From Planctomycetota bacterium (GTDB taxonomy: Bacteria; Planctomycetota; PLA2; JAEUHO01), in NCBI GenBank assembly GCA_965223505.1, contig CBDCWP010000008.1, forward strand, positions 110,560-174,559: 64,000 nucleotides of DNA. Direction: 5' to 3'. A model generated the notes under the pieces. The model was given only the letters and a program-made list of their open reading frames with translations, did not search any database and was not told the origin of the DNA. Positions 18,305-27,568 of the stretch are shown one piece after another; the first letter of the stretch is position 1; each line of letters starts with the position of its first letter. The position numbers were made by a program, and so were the translations under genes.

Positions 18305-21082
18305 CTAGTCGGCGGCCGGCTTCTTGGCGGAAGCGGTCTTCTTCTTCGCCGCTTTCTTGGCCTTCTTCTTGGCGGCCTTTTTCTTCTTCGCCGCCTTGCG
18401 CTTCTTCTTCTTCTTCTTCTTCTTGCGTCCGCCGCCGGCCTTGATGCGCTCGGCGCGTTTCACCAGGAGCACGACCGCCTCGTCCATCGTCAGCTCGGAC
18501 GGCTCGACGCCGCGCGGCAGGCTGGCGTTGATCTCGCCGTCGGTCACGTACGGTCCGTAGCGGCCGTTGAGGATCTTCAGCGGCGCTCCCGTTTCCGGAT
18601 GATCGCCGAGCTCGCGCAACGGCTTGGCCGGGGCGGCCTGCCCGCGGCGCCGGCGCGGTTGCTTCAGGAGCTCGATCGCCTGCTCGAGCGTGATGTCGAG
18701 CAGGTTGATCTCGGCAGGGATGCTGCGCGACTCCTTGCCCCACTTGATGTACGGACCGTAGCGGCCCAGATGGGCGAAGACCGACGCCGACTCCTCGTCC
18801 TTCTTGCTCGCGTCGTCCGCGCCTTCGTCCTTGGCCGGCGTGCCGGCGTACGGGCCGAGGTCGCGGGGAAGCTCCAGCAGACGCAGCGCCGTCTTCAGGT
18901 CGACCGACTCCGGCTCCATGTCGGCCAGCAGGCTGACCATCTTCGGCTTCGGCGCGCCGTCTTCGCGGTCGCCGAGCTGCACGTACGGTCCGAAGCGTCC
19001 GGACTTCACGTAGACCGGCTTGCCCGTCTCCGGGTCTTCGCCCAGCGCGGTCGGCCCGCGGGCCGCGGCCTCGATGATCTCCATCGCCGCCTCGACCGTG
19101 AGCTCGTCGGGAACCGTGTCCTCCGGAATGCCGCCGCTGTTTTCTCCGTCCGTGACGAACAACCCGAACTTGCCGACGCGCACTTCGATCTCTGTGTCGC
19201 CGTGCTTGCCGAGCGTGAAGCCGCAGACCTCGCGCGGGTCGACCTCGTCGATGCCCTTCTGCACGAGCTGCTCGAGCCCCGGCTGCCCGTTGCCGTTGTA
19301 GAAGCGGCGCAGGTACTCCTTGCCGTCGAGCTCGCCGCGGGAGATCGAGTCGAGGTCGTCCTCCATGCGGGCCGTGAAGTCGAAGTCGAGCACGTCGCCG
19401 AAGTGCTGCTTGAGCATGCGCACCACCGCGAACGCGGTGTAGCTCGGCACGAGCGCCGTGCCCTTCTTGAACGCGTACTCGCGGTTCAAGAGCAGCTCGA
19501 TGATCGACGCCCACGTGCTGGGTCGGCCGATGCCGCGGGTGTCGAGCTCCTTGACGAGGCTCGCCTCCGTGAATCGCGCCGGCGGCTGCGTGTTGTGCTC
19601 GTGCGCCTCGACGTCCTTGATGCCCAGCGCCTGACCCTGTTCGAGGTGCGGGAGGTGCTTCTCGGCCGTCGGATCGCGCCGCACCTTGCCCGACGTACGC
19701 ACGTCCGCGCTCTCGACGTAGGCGAGCTGATAGCCGGGGAAGTCGATGGTGCGGCCCGTGGCGCGGAAGACCGCGTCCTCGACGCCGACGTCGACCGTCA
19801 TGCGCCGGCCTTCGGCGTTCTTCATCTGGGACGCGACGGTGCGCTTCCAGATGAGCTCGTACAGCTTCGCGGCGTCCGGTCCGATGTCCTTGCGGACCTT
19901 CTCGACGCTCTGGAACGAAGAACCCGCCGGACGAATCGCTTCGTGCGCCTCCTGTGCGTTCTTCACCTTCGTCTTGTAGGTGCGCGGCTCGGCAGGGAGG
20001 TTCTCCTCGCCGTACCGGGTCTTGATCAGCTTGCGCGCGGCCGTGAGCGCTTGCGACGACAACGCCGTCGAGTCCGTACGCATGTAGGTGATCGCGCCGT
20101 TCTCGTACAGCTGCTGCGCGAGGCGCATGGTGCGCTGGGCCGGGTACCGCAGCTTGCGGCCGGCCTCCTGCTGCAGGGTGCTCGTCGTGAACGGGGGCGA
20201 GGGCTTGCGTGAGTACGGCTTCTCCTCGACCGAGAGCACCTTGGACGGCTTGCCGTCGAGCCGTTTCGCCAGCGCAACGGCTTCCTTGCTGCTCAGGATG
20301 TGGACGTCTTCGTTCTCGAGCTTGCCGGTGAGCGACTCGAAGTCGCCGCTGCGGGCGACACGTCGGTCGGCGAGCTCGCGCAGACGCGCCTCGAAGCTCT
20401 CGGTCTCCGTCGAGAACTGCGCCGTCAGATCCCAGAACTCGGTCGAGGTGAATCTGATCCGCGCCATCTCGCGGTCGACGAGCAGGCGCAGTGCCACGCT
20501 CTGTACGCGCCCGGCCGACAGTCGCGGACGGATCTTGCGCCACAGCACCGGCGAGACGGCGTAGCCGAACAGCCGGTCGAGAATGCGGCGGCTCTCCTGC
20601 GCCTTCACCAGGTCCTGGTCGATGTCGCGCGGCTCCTCGAGCGCGTGCAGGATCGCGCCGCGGGTGATCTCGTGGAAGACCAGCCGGTGCACGGGCACCT
20701 TCGGCTTCAGCACCTCGACGAGGTGCCAGGAGATGGACTCGCCCTCGCGGTCCTCATCGGTCGCGAGCCAGAGCGCCGGCGCTTCCTTCAGTAACGACTT
20801 GAGCGTCTTGATCTGGTCGCGCTTGGCGGCCGGCACGACGTAGATCGGCTCGAAGTCGTTGTCGAGATCGACCCCCAGACGCGCGAACTTGTGCTTCTTC
20901 AGCGAGGGCGGGAGCTCCGCGGAGGAGCTGGGCAGATCACGGACGTGACCGATCGAAGCGCGCACCTCGAACTCGTCTCCGAGGAACTTGGTGATGGTGC
21001 GCGCCTTGGCCGGCGACTCGACGATGACGAGCGCCTTCCCGGACGGGGGCTTCTGCTTCGATGACTTCTTCTTGGCGCCCAT
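18305..21082 (-). CDS. topA: DNA topoisomerase I with C-terminal repeats and a lysine-rich tail
   Basis: LVIVESPAKA, ASIGHVRDL, ATDEDREGE, SAGRVQS, ITYMRTDS, QEAHEAIRP, GIGRPST; C-terminal GRFGPYV/GRYGPY repeats. Confidence 0.97.
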   Translation of the reverse strand: MGAKKKSSKQKPPSGKALVIVESPAKARTITKFLGDEFEVRASIGHVRDLPSSSAELPPSLKKHKFARLGVDLDNDFEPIYVVPAAKRDQIKTLKSLLKEAPALWLATDEDREGESISWHLVEVLKPKVPVHRLVFHEITRGAILHALEEPRDIDQDLVKAQESRRILDRLFGYAVSPVLWRKIRPRLSAGRVQSVALRLLVDREMARIRFTSTEFWDLTAQFSTETESFEARLRELADRRVARSGDFESLTGKLENEDVHILSSKEAVALAKRLDGKPSKVLSVEEKPYSRKPSPPFTTSTLQQEAGRKLRYPAQRTMRLAQQLYENGAITYMRTDSTALSSQALTAARKLIKTRYGEENLPAEPRTYKTKVKNAQEAHEAIRPAGSSFQSVEKVRKDIGPDAAKLYELIWKRTVASQMKNAEGRRMTVDVGVEDAVFRATGRTIDFPGYQLAYVESADVRTSGKVRRDPTAEKHLPHLEQGQALGIKDVEAHEHNTQPPARFTEASLVKELDTRGIGRPSTWASIIELLLNREYAFKKGTALVPSYTAFAVVRMLKQHFGDVLDFDFTARMEDDLDSISRGELDGKEYLRRFYNGNGQPGLEQLVQKGIDEVDPREVCGFTLGKHGDTEIEVRVGKFGLFVTDGENSGGIPEDTVPDELTVEAAMEIIEAAARGPTALGEDPETGKPVYVKSGRFGPYVQLGDREDGAPKPKMVSLLADMEPESVDLKTALRLLELPRDLGPYAGTPAKDEGADDASKKDEESASVFAHLGRYGPYIKWGKESRSIPAEINLLDITLEQAIELLKQPRRRRGQAAPAKPLRELGDHPETGAPLKILNGRYGPYVTDGEINASLPRGVEPSELTMDEAVVLLVKRAERIKAGGGRKKKKKKKKRKAAKKKKAAKKKAKKAAKKKTASAKKPAAD

Positions 21083-21347
21083 GCGATCCGGTCGTCGCGT
21101 CCTTTCTACTGGGAGTCTTCGGTCGATACCGCCGCGCACACTACCGGTCGAGTGCCCCGCACCTAGGGAACTCAGCAGTCCGTGCTCCGGCTCTCTCAAC
21201 GTGTAGCCGCGATGGCGCGTCCTGCCACGGAGGCCTAAAGTCCTCGCGGGCAACGGGTTACGCATGCGCTCCGGCCGCCCGTGTGCGCGGCCGCGCGCGG
21301 AGGCCGGACGGCGCTATCCTCGCGCGTCGGCCCCGGAGAGTTTCACC

Positions 21348-22526
21348 GTGAGCGTTCGCACCCTCGTTTTCGTCCTCGTTCCCTGTCTCTTGCTCGCGCC
21401 CGCGGCCCTCGCCGAGGACGAGGTGTCCGCCGCCGAGCGCTTCCAGAAAGCCTGCGCGGCGATGCCGACGCCCGCCGCCGGCAACGGCTTCGACTGGACC
21501 GGCGAGATCGTGATCAACGGCCAGGCGTTCGGCGGCTGCCGCTTCATCGCGACCGTCGAGAAGCGCGACGACGTGGCGTACTGGCGAACCCACGACGTCG
21601 CGCAGATCGCCCAGGCCTTCCGCCTCGATGTCGCCGGTACGTTCACGCGGGACCTGGTGCCTGTCGATGCCAAGGGCCGCAACAAGGACGACGAGGAAGA
21701 CCTCGCCATCGAGTGCAAGATGCAGGGGGACGGCCTGCACGTTCGCATTCAGCCCGCCGGCGGAGAGCTGCGCGAGGCGGTGATCGCCGTCAAAGGCCCG
21801 ACGCTCATCGGCATGACGTCCCGCATCCTCTTTCTGCGTTCCGTCATCACGCAGAAAGGCGCGACCTACGAGTGGGCCGAGCCCCATCCGACCCGCATCG
21901 GCAAGGACCCCAAGAAGAAGCCGACCATCGTGAAGACGACGGCGCGCATTCTCGGCGTAGGCAAATTCAAGGGCGTGAAGGCGCTGCTCGCGGAAGTCAA
22001 GGACGAGAAGAAGACGAACGTCTTCGCGTACACCACGGACAAGCACGCGTTCCTCGGCGTGTCGATGACCGAGGAGGGCGAAGCGACGACGTTCGAGATG
22101 CTGCCGGAGGGCACGACCGAGTCTTCGGTGCCGAAGGACATCTTGCGCAAGCCGGCCGAGTCGCCCCAGGTCGCGGTCGGGCGGTTCTATCTCGCCAACG
22201 GGCTGCACGACGTGACGCTGCTCGAGGAGACGTTTCACTGGCCGACGGTGCTCGCCAACGTGAAGAGGGGCAACCCGGACTTTGCCGGGACCGAGGACGA
22301 CCTGCGAAAGGCGGTGCTGGAGAAGTTCAAGGCCAGCTGGCACAAACAGAAGAGAGAGGACCCCGCGGTGGTCGAGCTGTTCCTGCGCGGGTCGCTTCGA
22401 AGCATGAAGGTCGAGGCGCGCGACGGCAACCTCGCCCGCGTCGCCGTGGACCCGAACGTGCGCGGCATCGGCGGTCAGAAGTGGGTCGTCGTCGAGGTCG
22501 ACGGCTTCTGGTACATGGCGAAGTGA
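21348..22526 (+). CDS. Hypothetical secreted protein (paralog of the downstream gene)
   Basis: GGAG SD, GTG start, signal peptide ending ALA-EDE; beta-rich domain plus C-terminal FHWP...DGFWY domain. Confidence 0.8.
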   Translation: MSVRTLVFVLVPCLLLAPAALAEDEVSAAERFQKACAAMPTPAAGNGFDWTGEIVINGQAFGGCRFIATVEKRDDVAYWRTHDVAQIAQAFRLDVAGTFTRDLVPVDAKGRNKDDEEDLAIECKMQGDGLHVRIQPAGGELREAVIAVKGPTLIGMTSRILFLRSVITQKGATYEWAEPHPTRIGKDPKKKPTIVKTTARILGVGKFKGVKALLAEVKDEKKTNVFAYTTDKHAFLGVSMTEEGEATTFEMLPEGTTESSVPKDILRKPAESPQVAVGRFYLANGLHDVTLLEETFHWPTVLANVKRGNPDFAGTEDDLRKAVLEKFKASWHKQKREDPAVVELFLRGSLRSMKVEARDGNLARVAVDPNVRGIGGQKWVVVEVDGFWYMAK

Positions 22527-24430
22527 TGCTGCGCACTCCGACCCTCGCCGCCTTGCTGCTCGTCGTCGCCACTTCGGCGACGTTCGCCGACGACGCCGCG
22601 ACGATCGCGGCGGAGAGCGCGTTTCCGGCGCCCGCCGTCGAGCACGGGTTCGAGTTCCGTTGCGACATTCGCCAGGCCGGCGGCGTCGTCTCGCAGCTCA
22701 CGCTTTCGGCCGAGCCGTTCGAGGTCGACGGCGAGCCCGGCTGGCGCGTGCGCGACGTGATCACGCCCAAGGACAAGGGCGGCGACCGCGTGCGCACGGA
22801 GGCCTATCTCGACCGGCGACTCGACGCCGTCCGCGGCACCTACGAGCGGCGCAACGCGAAGGGCTTCCTCATCTGCCACTGGCAGCGCGGCGCCGACGGC
22901 GCGTTCGAGCTCCAGCACCGCACGCAGGAGTACGAGAACGAGATCCTCTCCAAGACGAAAGGGCGCGCGAAGACCAGCCTCGCCGGACTGCTTCTGTTCT
23001 TGCGGCTCGCGCCCGCCGGCGCCGCCACCTATCGGTTCCTGGAGCTCGACCCCGATCCCACCGCCGGCGACCCGTACGTCGTCCAAGCGGACCTGCGCGT
23101 GCATCGCACGGCCGGGTGGCGCGTCGGTGAGCGGGTCCACGACGCCTGGATCGTCAGCTTCACGCGCGGGCAGCGCTCGTATCGACTGGCGCTTTCGACC
23201 CCCAAGCGCGAGTTCCTCGGACTCGACGTCGTAGGCATGCCACTCATGGTGAGCCCCGTCGGCGGCGGCGACGTCGGGCTGCAGGACGCCGAGGCGGACG
23301 GTCTCGCGACGCCGCTCGAAATGGCCGCGCGGCGCTCGGCCAAGGTGCGGGCGTCGCTATCGACGCCGACGAAGGGCTTCCGTTTCGAAGCCGACCTCGT
23401 CCTGGGTGACTATCGGATCGGCAGCGCGGTGCTCTCGGCCGAGCCGTCGAGCGTGAACGGGCAGCCGGCCTGGATGGTGCGCGAGACGACGCAGCGAACG
23501 GCCGGCGAGGCCCACGTGCTCGGCGAGTGGTCGGGCTTCCTGGCGCAGGATCTGTCCCTGCTGCGCGGCGAGACCATGCATCGCGCCCCGTCCGGTAACC
23601 GCTCGCACACGTACGTGCGCTCCGGCGACCGCATCGAGACGGTGCACCACTTCGCCTCGGGCAAGGTCGGCCCGGTCTGGACGACGTTCCGGCCCGGCAC
23701 GACGACCGGCCTCGTCGCGGTGGTCTTGTTTCTCCAGGCCGTGCCCAAGGGGAAGGCCGTCTACGTCATGCCGGGCTACGACCCGCTCTACGTGCGAACG
23801 CCGAAGGCGGGCTCCGGCGCGTTCCCCGCGGACCTCGTGGACGCGCACGTAGAGGTCCTCGGCGACACCTCCTTCGACCGCGGACTGACGACGCGGCCGA
23901 CGTGGGCGGCGCGGGTCTCGGCCAAGACGGGCCGCGTGTACGTGGTGCACCTGGACCGCGGCACCCGCTCGCTCGTCGCCGTCGAGGGCATCATGCCCAA
24001 GGTGACGTTGGCGCCCAAGGGCGCCGGCGGCAAGACGATCGACTGGTTCGAGTACGCGGAGAAGTCGCCGCGCAGCGCGCAGGACGTCTTCGTGAAGTTC
24101 GGGCGCGGCTACCACCTACCGGACGTCGCGCTGCTCGCGGACGCGTTCCACTGGCCGTCGATGCTCGAGAACGAGATCGAGGCGGGCAGCTACGAGGCGG
24201 GCACCGCACTGGAGCGCGTGCGCAAGGACTGGATCGAGGAGTTCGTGCGCCGTTCGAAGCACCGCACGGTGGGGGACTGCGACGACTTGCTCCTGCAGAT
24301 CTTCATGACGGCGACCGAGACGACGCACGCGGACGGATCGGTCACGATCGCGACGATTCCGGCGTACGGCGGTCACGCGTACCACTGCAAGCCGATCGAC
24401 GGGCGCTGGTACATCGTCAAGGTCGACTGA
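22526..24430 (+). CDS. Hypothetical secreted protein with a duplicated beta-rich domain
   Basis: TGATG coupling; signal peptide ending TFA-DD; two copies of a P....GF.F..D module; C-terminal FHWP...DGRWY domain. Confidence 0.8.
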   Translation: MLRTPTLAALLLVVATSATFADDAATIAAESAFPAPAVEHGFEFRCDIRQAGGVVSQLTLSAEPFEVDGEPGWRVRDVITPKDKGGDRVRTEAYLDRRLDAVRGTYERRNAKGFLICHWQRGADGAFELQHRTQEYENEILSKTKGRAKTSLAGLLLFLRLAPAGAATYRFLELDPDPTAGDPYVVQADLRVHRTAGWRVGERVHDAWIVSFTRGQRSYRLALSTPKREFLGLDVVGMPLMVSPVGGGDVGLQDAEADGLATPLEMAARRSAKVRASLSTPTKGFRFEADLVLGDYRIGSAVLSAEPSSVNGQPAWMVRETTQRTAGEAHVLGEWSGFLAQDLSLLRGETMHRAPSGNRSHTYVRSGDRIETVHHFASGKVGPVWTTFRPGTTTGLVAVVLFLQAVPKGKAVYVMPGYDPLYVRTPKAGSGAFPADLVDAHVEVLGDTSFDRGLTTRPTWAARVSAKTGRVYVVHLDRGTRSLVAVEGIMPKVTLAPKGAGGKTIDWFEYAEKSPRSAQDVFVKFGRGYHLPDVALLADAFHWPSMLENEIEAGSYEAGTALERVRKDWIEEFVRRSKHRTVGDCDDLLLQIFMTATETTHADGSVTIATIPAYGGHAYHCKPIDGRWYIVKVD

Positions 24431-24438
24431 CCGACGGC

Positions 24439-24538
24439 GAACCTCGTAGGGGCGGGGCTCGACCCCGCCCGCGAGCTGGGGCTTGCGTTCATACCTGCTT
24501 GTTCGCGGGCGACCTCGAGGGTCGCCCCTACGGGTTTG
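24439..24538. repeat. REPIN-like inverted doublet of GTAG-type REP elements
   Basis: GTAG-GGGCGGGG-ctcga-CCCCGCCC (24446-24470) and inverted GGGCGACC-tcgag-GGTCGCCC-CTAC (24507-24531); flanks also pair (GCGAGC/GTTCGC, CGAACC/GGTTTG). Between convergent genes. Confidence 0.8.
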
Positions 24539-24564
24539 CTTCGCAGCCGTGCGAGTCAGGCGCG

Positions 24565-25383
24565 TCACGGCAGGTCTGCCAACGACGCGATGCGCACGTC
24601 GCGTGTCGCACATTCCGTCGTGAGCGGCGCCGGCGCCGGCGGGCCGCCGGGCTCGCGCGCAGGGCGCGTCGCATTTCGCTCCGCCTTGCGGCGCATGATC
24701 TGCTTGTAGATCGGCTCGGCCCGCGCACGCGCCGGCAAGCCGTACGCCGTGAGAAATGCGAACGGGTCGAGCGCAAGTTCGGTGCACCCGGCCGCGAACT
24801 GCGCGATGTCCTTCGCGCGCCCGCGATCGATCACCTCGTCGGCCGGCTCGAAAGACGCGTACGGAAATCCGATCGGGACGGGATTGGCGCCGCCGATGTC
24901 GACCAGCACGTTCTTCGGATAGCAGTCGCCGTGCCGAAAGCCGCTGTCGTGCCAGGCGCGCAGCGCGCGCGCGATCGCGTCGATCACCGAAGGATCTTCC
25001 TTGGCGACCTCACGGCCGTCGCGACGGCCCGGCTCGAACGGACGGATGAGCACCGAACCCTGCAGCACGCCGTTGTGCCGGCGCTCGCCGACGGCCAGCG
25101 GCTGCGGCGTCGCGATGCCGATCGACTTCGCGCGCAGCGCGTTCGCCGCCTCACGCCGCTCGCGGGACGGACGCCCCCAGGTGCGAAGCCGCCTCCCCTT
25201 GCGCGGACGCCGCCACTTCACGAACAGGGGCGCCTCGGCGTCGACGCGAACGGCGGCGGACTGCCGGTCGCTGGAGAGCACCGTCCCGGTCGCTGCGAGC
25301 GACATCCAGGCGGCGACGTCGAAGGCGCACTGCGGCTCCAGCCAGTCTCTCGAGCGGTCCCGCAGCCACCACGTCTCCTTCAC
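24565..25383 (-). CDS. Lipopolysaccharide kinase family protein (Kdo/WaaP/InaA-like)
   Basis: LFVKWRR, SRERREAANAL....IATPQPLAVGE, LRAWHDSGFRHGDCYPKNVLV, RAKDIAQF; GTG start overlaps the methyltransferase stop. Confidence 0.8.
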   Translation of the reverse strand: MKETWWLRDRSRDWLEPQCAFDVAAWMSLAATGTVLSSDRQSAAVRVDAEAPLFVKWRRPRKGRRLRTWGRPSRERREAANALRAKSIGIATPQPLAVGERRHNGVLQGSVLIRPFEPGRRDGREVAKEDPSVIDAIARALRAWHDSGFRHGDCYPKNVLVDIGGANPVPIGFPYASFEPADEVIDRGRAKDIAQFAAGCTELALDPFAFLTAYGLPARARAEPIYKQIMRRKAERNATRPAREPGGPPAPAPLTTECATRDVRIASLADLP

Positions 25384-26027
25384 GGGGCGACCCGCATCAC
25401 GGCGATGGCGACCAGCGACGAGAACGAGTTGAGACGCAGCGGCTCGCCGACGGGCTCGAGCCCGTGCGCGGCGGCCTCCGCGAAGAACGCTTCCGGCTGC
25501 AGCGCATGGCGCCGGCGGTCCACGCCACGCCGTCGTTGGCTGCGGCCCTTCCACGTCGAGTCGTCCGAGAACGACATGACCACGGCGCGCTTCGCCACGC
25601 GGGCCAGCTCGCTGAAGGCGCCCGCACGCTCCTCGGGCGTCGCCATGTGGTGCACGAGGCGGTGGCACACGGACGTGTCGAACGTGTCGTCTTCGAACGG
25701 CAGCGCATCGACGGTCGCCTGGACGAAGTCGACCTTGCCGTCGTCCACGAAGGTACGTAGAGCATCGCGCGCCTCGTCCAACATCGCCTGCGACTGATCG
25801 ACGCAGGTGACGCGTTCCGCCCGTTCGAGCAGCGTCGGGGTCAGGCGTCCCGCGCCGCAGGCGCAGTCGAGCACGTGGCCGGCGGCCTGCGCGCGCTGGA
25901 TCGCCCTGCGAACGAGGGAGAGCTCTCGCCGGTTCGAGAGCCGGCGGATCCACGATTTCTCGTACTTGCGCCGGTACGCCGCGGCGCCGGCCGAGCTTCG
26001 GTAACGGGCGATGAGCTGGGCGTCCAT
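25380..26027 (-). CDS. Class I SAM-dependent methyltransferase
   Basis: VLDCACGAGR motif I, CVDQSQAML, LPFEDDTFD, CHRLVHH. Confidence 0.9.
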   Translation of the reverse strand: MDAQLIARYRSSAGAAAYRRKYEKSWIRRLSNRRELSLVRRAIQRAQAAGHVLDCACGAGRLTPTLLERAERVTCVDQSQAMLDEARDALRTFVDDGKVDFVQATVDALPFEDDTFDTSVCHRLVHHMATPEERAGAFSELARVAKRAVVMSFSDDSTWKGRSQRRRGVDRRRHALQPEAFFAEAAAHGLEPVGEPLRLNSFSSLVAIAVMRVAP

Positions 26028-26115
26028 GACGCCCCAAGGGTACCGACCGTTGTTGCCTGACGTCACATTCCGCGCGTTGTCTCCCACCCTCGCGACCCGC
26101 TAGGATGCCCGGCCT

Positions 26116-27528
26116 GTGTCTACGGATTCCTCCAGTCATCCGGGGTCGATGCTGGCCCACTACCAGATCCTCGAGCGCATGGGTGAAGGGGCGATGGGCA
26201 CGGTCTACTGCGCCCACGACACGGGTCTCGATCGGAAGGTTGCGGTGAAGGTGCTGCGCGAAAGCGTCGCGACGGATCAGGAGCGCGTCGATCGCTTCGC
26301 GCGGGAGGCGCGCGCGGCGGCGCGCGTGAGCCATCCCAACCTCACGCACATCTACTACGTCGGCTCGCAGGGGAGCTGGCGCTTCTTCGCGATGGAGCTG
26401 CTCGCCGGAGAGGACCTGGAGCTCTACGCGGAGCAGCAAGGGCCGGTCTCGCTCGCCGACGGGATCGACATGCTCGTGCAGGCGGCGCGCGGACTTGCCG
26501 CAGCGCACAAGGCCGGCGTGGTGCACCGCGACGTCAAGCCGTCCAACATCATCCGCCGGCCGGACGGGACCGTGAAGATCACCGACTTCGGCCTGTCGAA
26601 GTCGCTCGATGCGGACGTTTCATCGACGCAGGCCGGACAGGTGATGGGGACGCCGACGTTCATGAGTCCCGAGCAGTGTCGCGGCGAGTCCGTCGACACC
26701 CGCACCGACATCTACTCGTTGGGGCTCACGGCGTACTACCTCTTCACGGGGGTGCCCGCGTTTCCGGGGCCCTCGATCGGCGCGGTGATCAACGATCAGA
26801 TCAACACACCCTTGCCGCGGCTCACCAAGGCGCGTCCGGATCTTCCCGAGGCGCTCGAGGAGATCCTCGACGAGATGTGCGCCAAGGACCGCGAGCGACG
26901 GCCCGAGGACATGGACGAGGTCATCGAGCTGCTGGAGACCTGTCGGCCGCGCCAGATCGATCCCGCCCCGCTGGCGGTGCGCGCCGTCGCGCTCGGCCTC
27001 GATGCCGTGATCGTCGGCGTCGTCGTCGCGGTGATCGCGACCGCATGGCAGGTCGGCCTGGGGACATCCGTCGAGGACAACCCGTGGATCGGCTTCGTGT
27101 TCACGGTCCTGTGGGTGCTCGACCATCTCGGCGGCGAGCTCTGGTTCCGGCAGTCGCTGGGCAAGCGGCTCATGCACATTCACGTGTGCTCGGCGGACGG
27201 CACGCGCGCCAACCGCAAGGCGATCCTGCTGCGGCTGCTCATTCGCTTCCCGACCATTCCACTGCATCTGGTGATGCAGCCCCTGCTCCTCGGCACCGTG
27301 AGCGGGTGGGTCGACATCGGCGAGGCGTCGGTGTTGATCGCGGGCGCGATCTGCTACTTCGTGACGGCGCGCAAGACGCTCAGCGACCTGCTCACGGGCA
27401 CGCGTGTCGTCTATCAGACGTCGCGCGATCGTGTGAAGCGACGGAAGCGAGCGGGTTCTTCCTCCGTCCAGCCGCCGACGAAGTCGAAGCCGAAGCCGAA
27501 GGATCCGCTGGCGGAGACGCAGTCGTAG
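26116..27528 (+). CDS. Hanks-type Ser/Thr protein kinase with C-terminal RDD-like membrane domain
   Basis: GEGAMGTVY, VAVK, HRDVKPSN, DFG, GTPTFMSPEQ, DIYSLG; then R.VALGLD, QSLGKRLMHIHV, LSDLLTGTRVV (RDD pattern). Confidence 0.92.
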   Translation: MSTDSSSHPGSMLAHYQILERMGEGAMGTVYCAHDTGLDRKVAVKVLRESVATDQERVDRFAREARAAARVSHPNLTHIYYVGSQGSWRFFAMELLAGEDLELYAEQQGPVSLADGIDMLVQAARGLAAAHKAGVVHRDVKPSNIIRRPDGTVKITDFGLSKSLDADVSSTQAGQVMGTPTFMSPEQCRGESVDTRTDIYSLGLTAYYLFTGVPAFPGPSIGAVINDQINTPLPRLTKARPDLPEALEEILDEMCAKDRERRPEDMDEVIELLETCRPRQIDPAPLAVRAVALGLDAVIVGVVVAVIATAWQVGLGTSVEDNPWIGFVFTVLWVLDHLGGELWFRQSLGKRLMHIHVCSADGTRANRKAILLRLLIRFPTIPLHLVMQPLLLGTVSGWVDIGEASVLIAGAICYFVTARKTLSDLLTGTRVVYQTSRDRVKRRKRAGSSSVQPPTKSKPKPKDPLAETQS

Positions 27529-27568
27529 GGAACGACCGCGCATCCGCACGCGTCCGATCGGGCGACCG

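Noticed and set aside
21281..24430. Single 1049-aa protein (and similar over-extended ORFs 9772-12072, 52508-55474, 28562-30436, 24565-26526)
   Set aside because: The N-terminal extensions overlap the preceding gene in another frame; true starts are the coupled ATG/GTG codons at the upstream stops.
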